Positions 33,125 to 44,394 are shown, counted from the first letter of the stretch. The stretch is 64,000 nt of DNA from an uncultured Planctomycetota bacterium (GCA_963845755.1 CAWJTV010000022.1:32001-96000); one strand, 5' to 3'. The notes: generated by a model not told the origin, from the letters alone. Program-made: numbers and translations.

Positions 33125-33153
33125 CTCGTTCCCACGCCGAGCGTGGGAACGAG
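33125..33153. repeat. REP-like palindrome CTCGTTCCCACGC-CGA-GCGTGGGAACGAG
   Basis: 13-bp inverted repeat; related copies near 47761 and 48000-48026. Confidence 0.7.
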
Positions 33154-33436
33154 GATAAATTGATATAAACTCTTAATGCATAGGGACTTGTGTTCTTTGA
33201 ATCTTGAATTCTGAATCGGCTATCCGATTTTTTCCTCAACCTCCGTGGGAAGCATCATGGGCTCGTCCGTGGCTGAGGGAAGGAGCCAGGTGCTGTACCC
33301 AGACGGATAGCTGTGCTAAAATGGGGAAACTAGGACTCCTGGCCACGACGATCGGGACCGATCCTCCTGGTGTCTCCGCCCCCGACGAACCTTGACCCAG
33401 CAGCCGAAGATTCCACAGGGACGGAGATCCCCACCC

Positions 33437-34569
33437 ATGGTTTGGCGTCTGTTCCCTCGTCGTCGAAACCACAGCCGAACCGTCAGCCGGCGGGCGGTGC
33501 CCCTCAGCGAAGCACTCGAGCCGCGGACCGTTCTCAACGGATCCCGCATCGCGGCCGACGTGCGCGACGCGGTGTTGGACCATGTCCCTCGCTCCGCTCA
33601 CGCCCTCGTGAGCCGGCCCGATTGCCAGCCGGCCACGGGAACCATTTCTGGCGAGATCACGATCGCGGCGAACGGGAAGGCCATGAAGGACATTCCCGTC
33701 CAATTGATCGGCTCGAAAGGCCATGTGGTTAGAACCACCTGGACCAACGTTCTCGGAGAGTACCAGTTCGAGATCCCCAGGAGTGGTCCCTATGTCGTAC
33801 GCGCGGTCGCGCCGAGGCGGTTCCTCCAAACTTCCCCGACTTTCCTCCACGGCGCGCCCACGCGCTCGGCGCAAACCTGTCGTTTCAGTCGCCTATCAAT
33901 CTCACCGTGCCGCCCATCAGCCTCAGCCAGTACCTGACCATCACTTACAATGACATCGAGAATGGGCAGGTCGTCAACACGGGCCATGACCTCACCGTGA
34001 ATATCCCGAGTTCCGACGCGGACACCATCGACGTGGGCGGCCGACCATTCAAACTGGCGGCATTCCACTATCACGATCCGTCGGAGGATCAGGTGGACGG
34101 GAAGACCTACTCGATGGAAGAGCACTTCGTGAATAAGACCGCGTCGGGCGCGGTGACGGTGCTGGGCGTCTTCCTTCAGCTCGGCGCCTACAATCCTGCA
34201 CTGCAACCGATACTCGACGCCGTCTCGTCCGGTGTCGCTTCACCCGGCACGACGACCACCTCGACTCCGATCCATTTCGCCGGCTTGCTGCCATCGAACA
34301 TGGAGGGCTGGTTCTTTCAGGGTTCGTTGACCACGAAACCGTACTCGCAAGCCATCAACTGGTTCGTGTTCGCGACGCCCATCACCCTCGATTCCGCGCA
34401 GCTCGAGCGATACGAGCACATGGCCGAAGCATCCGGATTCTTGCCCAACGCCCGCCCGGTCCAGCCCTTGAACGGTCGTCAGGTCAACGAGTTCACCTAT
34501 AATGTGAACTTCCAGAGCCAGTCGGTCGCGGGCTTGAACTTTACCCTCGCCCGGCGTGCCAAAGCCTGA
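33437..34569 (+). CDS. Exported alpha-carbonic anhydrase with SdrD/Cna-B-like domain (frameshift near 33870)
   Basis: EALEPRTVL motif; DIPVQL...GEYQF...GPYVVRAVAP; corrected QSPINL, NTGH, FHYH...SE, EEHFV, GSLTT, INWFVF, NARPVQPLNGR. Confidence 0.88.
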
Positions 34570-34624
34570 ACGGATTGGCCCCGTCTCCCGGCGGAATGAG
34601 CCGATACCCGGCCACTCCTGCCGG

Positions 34625-35713
34625 TCAGACCGGTCCATAGGTGGTGTAAAAGCTATGGAAGTCGTTGTCAAATATGAAATTGGTGAACGATACGGTCACG
34701 GTGATGTCGAGTCCGTGGACGAAGTGAAGGCAGCCGATCGGCAGGAACAGGATCTCGCCCGGTTGAAGGATGAAATCGAGGATCTGCGGCTGTTCGAACG
34801 CAGGCTGAGACAACGGGGGCAAGTTTCGTCCGTCGACCTGGGAGAAGCAATGGAGAAGATTGTTCATCAAGGGAAGGTCCCACGACGGCGCGATCCTGAC
34901 GCGCTTGCGACCGATCACCTGGGCCATGAAATTGTTGGTGAGGTCGTGGTGGAACGGCGTGATGGTACCGGCCGGGCCCATCCAGAAGAAGCCGCCGGGC
35001 TGGTCCTGGCGTAGATACTCCGGGATCTGCACGATATCTTCCCACAACTCGACCAGGGCCTTCCGGTTGTAGGAATCGTTATTGGCCGTCAGATAGAAGT
35101 CGTTGGTCTCTCCGGCGTTGCGCACGATCTCGACGAAGTCGCCGAGTCGAATCCGCCGCATGAACTTCTCGGACTGGGTCTCATAATTGGGGCTGGAGTT
35201 CCGCCCCATCTGCACCTCGACCTCGCGCTCCCCAAACCGCTCCGAAAAGTAATCGAGACTCCATGTGCGCAAGGCCGGCCAGTCGTCCATCATGCCCGTG
35301 ATGATGACGGGCCGATTGGGGCTGTAGTATTCGGCGAGGAACTCGTCGCGTGAGGGCTTGTGCCGGCGCTCGACCGTGCCCGCCTTGGGGTGCATGCGAT
35401 TGAGCTTGCGATAAGTCGCGAGCATCCAATCGCGTTTTCGGAGCCGGTTCGTCAGCCGCTCCGCGGCCATGACGTAAGGACTTTGCCTCGCGAGATTGAT
35501 CTCATAGACGGCTTCCTGGGGAGCGAAGCCTTCGGCGGACAGGGTGTCCAGAATGCTCTGCGGCGTGGCGCCGAGCATCAGGTTCTCGGCGATCCAGCGG
35601 CGACAGCCGTCGTTGAACGCGCCGGGTGACGGGGGAGATGTCCGGGATGGTCGCCGTGGCGTAAGATACGCCCTGGACGACGGGATTGGATTGGGAACCC
35701 GGATGACGAACAA
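34625..35713 (-). CDS. JmjC/cupin-8 Fe(II)/2OG oxygenase (start uncertain)
   Basis: RPVIITGMMDDWPA, FWMGPAGTITPFHHD, QVIGRKRV, LQPGEILFLPIGCLHFV (HxD...H triad). Confidence 0.88.
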   Translation of the reverse strand: MFVIRVPNPIPSSRAYLTPRRPSRTSPPSPGAFNDGCRRWIAENLMLGATPQSILDTLSAEGFAPQEAVYEINLARQSPYVMAAERLTNRLRKRDWMLATYRKLNRMHPKAGTVERRHKPSRDEFLAEYYSPNRPVIITGMMDDWPALRTWSLDYFSERFGEREVEVQMGRNSSPNYETQSEKFMRRIRLGDFVEIVRNAGETNDFYLTANNDSYNRKALVELWEDIVQIPEYLRQDQPGGFFWMGPAGTITPFHHDLTNNFMAQVIGRKRVRIAPSWDLPLMNNLLHCFSQVDGRNLPPLSQPAFEQPQILDFILQPGEILFLPIGCLHFVHGLDITVTVSFTNFIFDNDFHSFYTTYGPV

Positions 35714-35963
35714 CGATCCGTGGCGGGTCCGGCGATCGGCCCGGATCGCGCGGATCTCCCGGCTCCCCGGTGGCGCCTACCAGGGTTTGAGGTCGCCGCG
35801 TTTCGCGAATAGGATCTTGTTCTGGATACATGACCTGGGATGATAACCTGTAGGCCTCGATCGGGAAAGGGGACTTGTTTCCGAGCAATGATCCGGATCA
35901 GCCGCCGGGATCAATCAGTCCGAAGGCCCATTCCCGTCGAGGACCCGTGTCGGAGGACGCGTC

Positions 35964-37046
35964 ATGAGCGAGCTCGATCGCCTGGCGGTCATCGAGGTCG
36001 GTACCCGGGGAATCCGCCTCCTGGTCGTCGAACGCCGCGACCCTCCCGACGGAATGGCGATCCTCCAGAGCCGGGGCGAACTTGGCAATCTCGGGGAGGG
36101 TCTGGACCAGAATGATAGGCGAATGCAGACCGAGAATATCCAGGACAACCTGGACCGGGTCCGTCGATTCCTGCGAATGGCTCAGACCCTGAGTGCGGAT
36201 CGGATCCTCCTGGTCGGCACGCATGTCTTCCGCCGCGCCCGCAATGTGGACGAGTTCTGTGATCACCTTCCCAAGCCGCTGTCGTTGCTCGTCCTGGCGC
36301 CGGAGGAGGAAGCCGTCGGCTCGTTCCTGGCGGTTTGCTGGGGACTTCGCGACGAGAGCTCCACGCGCGGACCACTGGTGGTGATCGACCTGGGCGGGGG
36401 CAGTCTGGAAGTCGTCGCCGGTCTTCAGGGCGACCCACCCCGGCCGATGGCGAGCGTTTCCCTGGGGAGCCTGGGGATCCTCGCGGTGCGGGAGGCCTGG
36501 GCACACGTCGCGGATTCAATGGACCCCGAGGACGGACTTCGCCGCTACCTCGACGCCGAGCTTGGCCGGTCTGCCGGCGCGGTCGCGGCATTGCGAACGC
36601 TCGGGGCAGAAAAGCCGGACGCCTCGACGCTCCTGGTCGCCGGCTTGGGTTCGACGGTGACCGACGCGGCCTGGCTCTTGTCGGGCAGGCCGCTCGCTAC
36701 ATACAAGTCGAAGGAGGTCAACGGCCTGCGGGCGACGCGCGCCGACCTGGAGCGATTGCGGTGCGAAGTCTTGGGAGACGCCCAACAGGGCGAGTCCACT
36801 CGATCGGCGATCTCGCACGATCTCAGGGATCCCCTCGCCCACCAACTGGGCCTGGCGACCTTGGTGGCGGTGATGGACGCCCTGGGTGCGCCGATCATTA
36901 CCGCGTGCGGCACGGGTTTGCGGTTCGGGCTGGCCTACGCGTTTCTCCACGGCATCCCGCTGGCGATGGCGCGTTCCGAACGGACCGCTCCTGACGATCC
37001 GCTCGGACCGGACTTTCTCGGCGAAGGCCTCAAGCCCGGAGATTGA
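35964..37046 (+). CDS. Ppx/GppA-family phosphatase (divergent)
   Basis: LAVIEVGTRGIRLLV, GTHVFRRARN, EEEA, VIDLGGGSLEV, GLRFGL. Confidence 0.8.
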   Translation: MSELDRLAVIEVGTRGIRLLVVERRDPPDGMAILQSRGELGNLGEGLDQNDRRMQTENIQDNLDRVRRFLRMAQTLSADRILLVGTHVFRRARNVDEFCDHLPKPLSLLVLAPEEEAVGSFLAVCWGLRDESSTRGPLVVIDLGGGSLEVVAGLQGDPPRPMASVSLGSLGILAVREAWAHVADSMDPEDGLRRYLDAELGRSAGAVAALRTLGAEKPDASTLLVAGLGSTVTDAAWLLSGRPLATYKSKEVNGLRATRADLERLRCEVLGDAQQGESTRSAISHDLRDPLAHQLGLATLVAVMDALGAPIITACGTGLRFGLAYAFLHGIPLAMARSERTAPDDPLGPDFLGEGLKPGD

Positions 37047-38060
37047 TCAACCGGCCCAGGTCGTGCGTGAGCGATTCGAGGGTCAAGTTCAGGGCCAGTT
37101 TGCGCTGGATGTGATACTCCGCTTCGAGGCAGCGGTCCGCCAGGACGAGGACATCCTCGGGCTCGAGGCGGCCGGCCAGCACCTCGACGGCGCGACGATC
37201 CGCCGCATCGGCGCAGGGGGGAGCCAATCCCGCGGTCTGCCAGAGGACGCCGCGAAAGAACCGCGACAGCTCGCCGACCAGCAGGCTGGCGCGCCGCCGC
37301 TGGTCGACCGATTCCTTGCCCGCCTCCTTGATGTGGCCGAGTAAGCGATGGGCCAGCGCGGGCGGGTCGATGCCATGGTCGGCGGCCAGCTCGTCGATGA
37401 GGCTGCGGCGGAACCGCTCGAGCTCGGCGTCGGCCAGCCCGATGGCTCGGCGGAGGCTCCCCTCGCCCAGAGCGGCCAGCTTCGCGGCGTCCTCGGCGTC
37501 CCGCGCCACGCCCTGCTCCCGGAGGATCGCCGCGATGTCGGCCTCGGGCAGAGGGTCGAACCGCACGACCTGGCAGCGCGAGACGATCGTCGGGATCTGG
37601 ACCTCGAGCGAGGTGCCGATCAGGATCAGCACGGCCCCCGGCGGCGGCTCCTCCAGGGTCTTCAAGAAGGCGTTGGCCGCCTCGTCGTTGAGGTCGTCGG
37701 CGTCGTCGAGGATCGCGACCTTGCGCAGGCCGCGGGCCGGCTTGAGCCCGAACTGGTTGCAGAGCTCCCGGATTACCTGGATGGGCAGCTCGTGCTTGTC
37801 CTCGGGGCGGGCGGCCTCGAGGAAGTCGGGGTGCGTGCCCGCCTCGACCTGGAGGCAGCCGGGACACGCCCCGCACGGGTCGAGGTCCGAAGCGGGCCGG
37901 GCTTCGCAGAGGAGGGCCTGGGCCAGCTTGCGCCGAAGGTCCGCTTGCCGATCCCCTCGGGACCGACGAACAGCAGCGCGTGCGGGAATCGCCCCTGCTG
38001 GAGGCTCTGGCGAAGTTCCGCCACGACCCGGTCATGGCCGCGGATCGAGTGCCAGGACAC
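37030..38060 (-). CDS. holB: DNA polymerase III delta' subunit (frameshift near 37930)
   Basis: HALLFVGPEGIGK, LKTLEEPP, PTIVSRC; directly downstream of tmk. Confidence 0.9.
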
Positions 38061-38722
38061 GGCCTACCTCACTCTGGATTTGCTGGAAGACGGTTTCCGG
38101 GTCCGTCGAGGCATCGATCAGGATGATCGGCGCGCGATAGCACAGCGACAGGGCCGAGCGCCGGCCGGTGCCCTGCGCCGCCTCGCGATAACCTTGCCGC
38201 ACACGCACCTGGTAATCCGCCGGCCGGTCCTCGATCCGATCGCGCGCCTCCCCAACACGCCGCGCGGGCGACATCCACGTCCACGTCCAGGATCGCGGTC
38301 AGGTCCGGGCGAAGACGGCCCGTCGCTACGTCGCCGACCACCGTGATCTGCTCGACCGGCAATCCTCCCGCATACCCTTGATAGACGAGGTTCGCCAGCA
38401 GGAACCGATCGCAGATGACCACCCGCCCCGCCTCCAGCGCCGGCCGGATGATCTCCTCGACCATCTGCGCCCGGCTGGCCATGTACAGCAGCATCTCGGA
38501 GCGGAGTGAGATCGACACCGAGTCGCGGTCGAGCAGGATGCGCCGAAGCCGATCGCCGAGTGCCGTGCCGCCGGGGTCGCGGCAGGTGACGACGTCGAAA
38601 CCCTGGTCGCGGAGCCAATCCGCCAGTCGTGCGGCTTGCGTCGTCTTCCCGCCCCCATCCGGACCGTCCAGGACCAGAAAAAACCCCGGATGAGGATGCG
38701 GTTTATCCGTCTCTTTGGCCAT
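38032..38722 (-). CDS. tmk: Thymidylate kinase (frameshift near 38260)
   Basis: LDGPDGGGKTT, RDPGGT, DRF...YQG, PDLT. Confidence 0.92.
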
Positions 38723-39002
38723 GCTCGACTCCCATCTTCACGTCGTGGTGGACGGCGGCTGGAAATGCAGATCCATCCGCCTTGCCCCTCACCAATCACC
38801 GGCCACTCGAGCGCCTCGCGAACGGGTTGCACACGCCATGGCGCCCGCGGGCGCGACCGCGAGCTGTGCACCTGAGAACAGGTCAAGGAACAGGTAAGGC
38901 GACCCGATCCTCCATGCATCAATGTCAGTTTTGTAAACAAAAGAATCCAATATCCGCATTCTTGGCATGTTGCATGCAACCCATCGATAATGCGTCCTAG
39001 CT

Positions 39003-39461
39003 TCACTTCCGACTCTCCCATTTGACGTAGTAGAAGAGGATCGGCTCGCTGCCGGTGTTGGTAATGCCGTGCGGGACATTCGGGACCGTATACATCACCG
39101 AGCCCGGACCGATCTTCGTGGTCTTGCCGTCACAGAAGATCTCGCCGTGGCCGCTCTCGATGATCATGACCTCCTCTTCCGCATGAGTGTGGGGCGCATG
39201 CGGCGACTTGCCCGGCTGCAACACGAAACGTCCCGTGACGAACTTGGTCGAGGCCGGCGTGTCGCCCGCAAGATAGACGCCGTTCTTGCCCACGGCTTCC
39301 CCCTTGTCGGTGAAGCCATTCATTTGGACCTGATCGAGATTGATCGTCCCGGACGTGGCTTGCCGGCTCGGCTCGAAGGCGAGTGCCACCTCGCGATACG
39401 ACCAACCGGCCGCCAGCACTGCAGCAAGACCCGCGAACCCCCACCGTTTGATAGCCTGCAT
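39003..39461 (-). CDS. Exported cupin-domain protein
   Basis: Signal-like N-terminus; PHAPHTHAEEE...PNVPHGI. Confidence 0.82.
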   Translation of the reverse strand: MQAIKRWGFAGLAAVLAAGWSYREVALAFEPSRQATSGTINLDQVQMNGFTDKGEAVGKNGVYLAGDTPASTKFVTGRFVLQPGKSPHAPHTHAEEEVMIIESGHGEIFCDGKTTKIGPGSVMYTVPNVPHGITNTGSEPILFYYVKWESRK

Positions 39462-39717
39462 GATTGGTTCTCCCCAGTTGACCTGATTCATCAAAGGCAT
39501 GATCGGGAACGCCGCGATCGACCGTCCCCAGGAGGCCCGAGATCCTCGTCGCCCTGAACTTACCCCGAATGGCAACCGCTCGCAACCGCCCGGACGACCG
39601 GCGCGAGGGATGTCGGGCGATCCCGCCCATGATCGGTCAACCGTCGAGGGATGAGCCCCGAATTCGGATGCCATCACGCGGAGAATTCGTCCACCTACCA
39701 AATTTACTGTACGGGTG

Positions 39718-39746
39718 TTGACAAATTGCCGATGATTCGTTTGAAT
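39718..39746 (+). promoter_or_regulatory. Putative sigma70 promoter of the VOC gene
   Basis: TTGACA-N17-TTGAAT. Confidence 0.4.
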
Positions 39747-39815
39747 TCCCGAATCCGGCCCACCTCTGTTCATGTGGACAGAGGGGGCCGGGACGACTCA
39801 CGACGGGAGGGTACC

Positions 39816-40295
39816 ATGGCGCAACCGATTCCGGACGGGAACCACGCGATTACTCCGCACTTGGTGATCAAGGGAGCGAGCGAGGCGATCGAGTATTACA
39901 AAGAGGCGTTCGGGGCGGAGGAACTCTGCCGGATGCCGTTCCCCGGACCGGACGGTCAGGTGAAGCTTGGACACGCCGAGTTGCAGATCGGCGACTCACG
40001 ATTGTTCCTGGCGGATGAATTCCCCCAGCAAGGCTGTCAGGCTCCGAACGGCAGTTCGCCCGTGACGATCCACCTGTACGTTGATGATGTCGATACGGTG
40101 TTCGACCGTGCGGTGAAGGCAGGCGCGACGGCTGCCATGCCGCCGGCCGACATGTTCTGGGGCGACCGGTTCAGCAAGATCGTGGACCCGTTCGGCCACC
40201 ACTGGTCGATCGCCACTCACGTCGAGGACCTCACCCCCGAGCAGATGCAAGAGCGGATGGCCGCCGCATTCGCTGGGGAACCCTGCAACGCCTGA
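39816..40295 (+). CDS. VOC/glyoxalase family protein (PhnB-like)
   Basis: ITPHLVIKGASEAIEYY, HAELQIGDS, DMFWGDR, DPFGHHW. Confidence 0.92.
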   Translation: MAQPIPDGNHAITPHLVIKGASEAIEYYKEAFGAEELCRMPFPGPDGQVKLGHAELQIGDSRLFLADEFPQQGCQAPNGSSPVTIHLYVDDVDTVFDRAVKAGATAAMPPADMFWGDRFSKIVDPFGHHWSIATHVEDLTPEQMQERMAAAFAGEPCNA

Positions 40296-40534
40296 TGAGA
40301 GTCGCTCGCATGGCGACGAGTCCCGCCGAGACCGCCGCCAGCGTCACCGAAAGGGAGGGGGCCGGAAAGGGGTGCCGGCCCACCTCCCTGGTGATGTTGG
40401 CGCGGAAGTCCGTGATCCGACGAGAGACCAGGAGATGCCAGACCCCGCTGCCGTTCCAGGCCGCTGAAGTCCTCTCCTCCGGACCTGATCTGTTCGCGTT
40501 GCCGGCCAGGTCGAGCCGAGGTTGAGGGGCGTCG

Positions 40535-41564
40535 CTATGGGCGTCTTTCCATCAGCGAATACTGGGCGAACAGGTCTGACTTCAGGTCAATCGAGGATTC
40601 GCCCTGGTCCCAACCGAGCCGCGTGTGCCACGCGTCGGATCGCTTCCGAGTCATCGCGATCGAAGGCGAGGATTCGAAAACCCGCGGATTCCCAGACCTC
40701 CCTCGCAAACGGACAACGACCGTCCGCCCAGTTCTTGTAGGGTTGGCCCGGAGGGCTGGGCGCGGGGCAGATGTTGTAGATCATCACGCGGCCGCCGGGC
40801 TTCAAGGCGTCGTGAAGGGCCTTGACGAACTGGGCATCGTCCACTCCGAGGCCGAGGAGTTCGACGCGGTTCGACGGGACGCTCGGGATGAACGTATCCT
40901 CGTTTGAGCGTGTTCTTGGAAACGATCAGGTCGTAGTTCGTTCCTACATTCGATGCGACGGACTTGTCGGCAGGAAAACGCCCATCGATCAAGCGAAGCC
41001 GTCCGTCCCGGCCGCGCCGGCTCTTGACCGGCCCTTGATCTTCGGGAAGCGCCATAAAGGGCGGCGCAACAGGGGGTTGACGTCGAGGCCCGTGACGTCC
41101 GCCCCGAGGCCGGCCAGCAGGCGGAGATGGCCGACCGTGCCGTAGCCAAAGTCGAAGATCTTCATGCCCGAGACATCCTCCAGGCCCGACTGGCCCAGGA
41201 GATCGAGCGGCCGTGCGTAGGCCAGCGGTGATCCATATTTCGTCGTGTAGTAGAGCGCCTCGTTGACCGGAACCTGTTTCAGCGTGCCCCGCGCTTCCCG
41301 GGTCAGGGAGCCGGCTTCGGCCTCGGTCAGATAGGCTTTCTTCACTTCATCGAGGAAGAGTTTGCGAGGTGCAATGGCGGGGAGCGAGTCCGTCGCAAGC
41401 AAGAAGTCCCTGGCGAGCTTGGAGTTCACCAGCGGCTCCAGGGTCCTTGCCTCGCGGCGCAGGAGTGAGAGGCCCATCTCCTCCTGAGGCCGCTCGCGCT
41501 CGACGAGGATCGGCGACGAGCTGCACAGGCCGAGAACCAACGGGAGGAGGATGACGGGGTTCAT
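40535..41564 (-). CDS. Signal-peptide-bearing class I SAM methyltransferase-like protein (several frameshifts)
   Basis: Hydrophobic N-terminus; KIFDFGYG, VTGLDV, YDLIVSKNTLKRGY, ALKPGGRVMIY across fragments 40989-41660, 40651-41055 and 40587-40844. Confidence 0.65.
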
Positions 41565-42441
41565 GTGATGTCGCTCCCATGAGGTCTGTGCGCTGACTCC
41601 CATCGACTTCGGCTCATCCGACCTCCACAACATGATGCGAACGGCGAAGAAGGACGTCAAGGGTGAGGGTTATTCGAATCGGGTTGGGGTTCTCGCCTCA
41701 AAAGCATTGTCGTTTGGCAGGGCGATTCGCCTGGAAGTAGATTGGTCGCAACTCTTTATTCCCCAATCATTTCCAATCACGTAGCTCGAGCTTTCGTTTC
41801 GCCTTAACCTCGATCGAACCGGCGTGTACCGCCCCGTATACCCCGTTGTATGGGAGAGGAAGAGCACCGAGGTTCCCCCCTACCCCGCTCAAGGACGGTG
41901 TCTTCGGAGTGCTCGCCTGCCGGGTGCTGAAAGAATTCATGAGGCTGTCGCAAGGAAAACCGCGCTCCCACGCGGGTGCGCGGGAACAAGATCACCCGAT
42001 GTCCTCGCTCCAGTGTCGATTTTTTTCTGAAGAATCGCCTGAGCCACGTTCGGTTTTTTCATCTTAAGGTCCTTATTAAGGTAGACCAGAAGCCGGTCGA
42101 CTCTCGAATTGGCTCGATGCCGTCCACAGGCGCCGTAGGCGCACCGGTTGTGTAGCGCTTAGTTCGGCACAAGAAATCGATGGGTTAGGGTGGAAACCGA
42201 GCGGATTACCGGTCCGGACCGGATGCGCCGGCACTCCTGTTGGCTCGCCGGCTGAAGTGGACATGGACCCCAACAGCGCTCGGTTCCTCCAGGACGAAGG
42301 CGAGACGGGCACACCACGCGGCCCTGTCGCGAAAGTCTCGACAAACCGACTGTTATCTCGACTACCTGCGCCCAAATATCGCCACGACGCTCATGAAGTT
42401 GGAGATGTCGGCGATCGGGCTCAGTTCTCTCGGGTGCGAAG

Positions 42442-42813
42442 ATGGGCCAGAGAACGCGAACCCACCTGATCTCGATTCGGATCCTCCTGATCGCCACCGC
42501 GATCCGGGCACTCACGCCGGACTGGCGTGATCTGGCGTCCGAAAGGGCCGCGCATCTGCTCTGCCCGTTCCTGGACCCGTCCGGGACTTGCGAACACGAG
42601 GACCCCTCGGGGGACGACGTAAGCGGGCCCATTGTGTTCGGTCAGAGAGTGGTCGTGCCCATGCGACGCAACCGCACAGCGGGTCCCCGACTTGTGTCGG
42701 CCGGATCGGCAAAGCGGATGAGCAAGATTGATGCATTTCAATTTGCATTCCCCGGTGGCACGCCCCTGCGCATTAATGGCCTGGTTCTTCTGCTCTGCCG
42801 CCTCACCTGCTGA
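42442..42813 (+). CDS. Hypothetical protein with hydrophobic N-terminus and C-terminal LCRLTC
   Basis: 123-aa ORF: IRILLIATAIRALTPD ... LLLCRLTC-stop. Confidence 0.5.
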   Translation: MGQRTRTHLISIRILLIATAIRALTPDWRDLASERAAHLLCPFLDPSGTCEHEDPSGDDVSGPIVFGQRVVVPMRRNRTAGPRLVSAGSAKRMSKIDAFQFAFPGGTPLRINGLVLLLCRLTC

Positions 42814-43336
42814 GATTCGACCGTCCCGATGGGGACTCGTGCTTCTCTGAGCCCCGGATTGACGACAGGAATCCGACGGACCCCGGAGTTTCTGTCTCTC
42901 CTTCTCAATCCATGTCCGACCGCCGTCTCACGTACTCAGGAACGCGACCGCCCCGATGTTTCGGAAGGCGGATCCGCACCGGAGGCTGTCCAGCGGCAAG
43001 AGATCTCTCCGGATCTCCGAGGTCACCGGAAGGATGGGCGAGGGCGGACTGATCGACCCGGGAGCGCTTCCCCTGGCTCCATCCTTTCGCCCCGTCAGGG
43101 CATTTCCGGATAGCTTCTCTGGAGGCACAACGTGGTGTTCCGCGCGGCCGATCGCCGGCGGAGTCGCCCGGCTGCGCGACTCGACGCGAAAGGGCGGGGC
43201 CCACTCAGGGCCGGGAGTCAGTCCCTTTTTCGTGGGCCATCTGCCATGCAAGCGAGAACCACCATGGGGTCCGGCGTCGAGTCGGATCGCGGTGTAATGC
43301 AACCTCATGAGGAAACACGAAGCGAGGGGACCGGGA

Positions 43337-44024
43337 ATGTCCACACTATCCTCCGAGGAGAGCGAGCGGGAACTCCTCGAGATGACGAAGGCTTATCTGG
43401 AGTGCCGTTCCCAGGGAATGGATCCCTCTCCGATACTGGTGGAAGCCTGGGAGCGGTTTTATCGGTCTCATGAGCCACGGCTCCGGGCCTTGCTTGAGAA
43501 ATGGCGCCTCTCGGACGCGGACCGGGAGGATTGTCTTCAGGAAGTCTGGGTCGAGGTCGTGGCCCACCTGGGCCATTTCCAGCACGATCCGAGACGCGGT
43601 CGCCTCTCGACGTGGCTCACGACCCTGGCGCGGAACAAGGCGGCGGACTCGATCCGACGTCGGACCCGACATCCCTTCCAGTCCCTCGGGGAGGACACCG
43701 AAGTCCCCCTTGCTGATCCCGTCCTCGGCCCGGAGGCCGATTTCGAGCGGCGCTGGGAGCAGGCCCAGGTAAGGGGCGCCCTCGCCGAACTCGCCGACCA
43801 GGTCCCGGTCTGCAGCTTTCGGGTGCTTTACCTGCGCCTGGATCGAGGAACGTAATGTCGCCGAGATCGCCACCGCTCTGGATCTGACGCCCGAGCAAGT
43901 CCGGTTGCGAGCCCACCGCATGAAGGAGAGATTTCGCGACCTATTCGAGCGTTACATGTACCGGGAGTCCTTCGAATCCAATCCAGACCTGTGGGATGGT
44001 GGAATGCAGAATAATTTCTCATGA
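43337..44024 (+). CDS. ECF sigma-70 factor (frameshift near 43838)
   Basis: AWERFY, DREDCLQEVW, LSTWLTTLARNKAAD; corrected region 4 WIEERNVAEIATALDLTPEQVRLRAHRMK. Confidence 0.88.
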
Positions 44025-44193
44025 AACGTTTACCACTGTTCTGCGTGTAATGAATGGCCGGTTTCCCACGGGTGCAACCCGTTTGACTTCACTCCGGGCG
44101 CACGCGAACCCTTTTTCGCTGACCGCATGCGGTAGCCCCCGGGAAGCCGATGGGCCCATTGAATCAAATCTTGGAACGCGCGGAGGAAATACC

Positions 44194-44394
44194 ATGGCGA
44201 ATTCTCCGGTCAATACCCCTCTGACCATCGCCCTGACCGATGATCAGGTCCAACAGCTCAAGGATAAAATCACGGCTCAACTCGTCGATACGCTCAAGGG
44301 CACGCAGGCTGACACAATCATTTCCCACAGGCCGCAGAGTCAGATAGTTCGGAAGGAAGTCGGTCAATCGGTCGTCGTTGATCCTGAGGCATGA
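44194..44394 (+). CDS. Small protein (66 aa), candidate precursor peptide; may continue to 44560 through a frameshift
   Basis: RBS GGAGG; MANSPVNTPLTIALTDDQVQQLKDKITAQLVDTLK... Confidence 0.65.
   Translation: MANSPVNTPLTIALTDDQVQQLKDKITAQLVDTLKGTQADTIISHRPQSQIVRKEVGQSVVVDPEA

Noticed and set aside
37030..38722. tmk and holB as pseudogenes or programmed frameshifts
   Set aside because: Both are essential genes, there are no slippery heptamers at the breaks, and the breaks fit the window-wide indel noise.
38875..38900. Direct repeat GAACAGGT(C)AAGG x2 upstream of tmk
   Set aside because: Only two short copies; could be an operator but cannot be supported from sequence alone.
44025..44193. 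Riboswitch upstream of the small peptide ORF
   Set aside because: GC-rich stems are present, but I could not match a cobalamin, SAM or c-di-GMP consensus by eye. An Rfam scan is needed.
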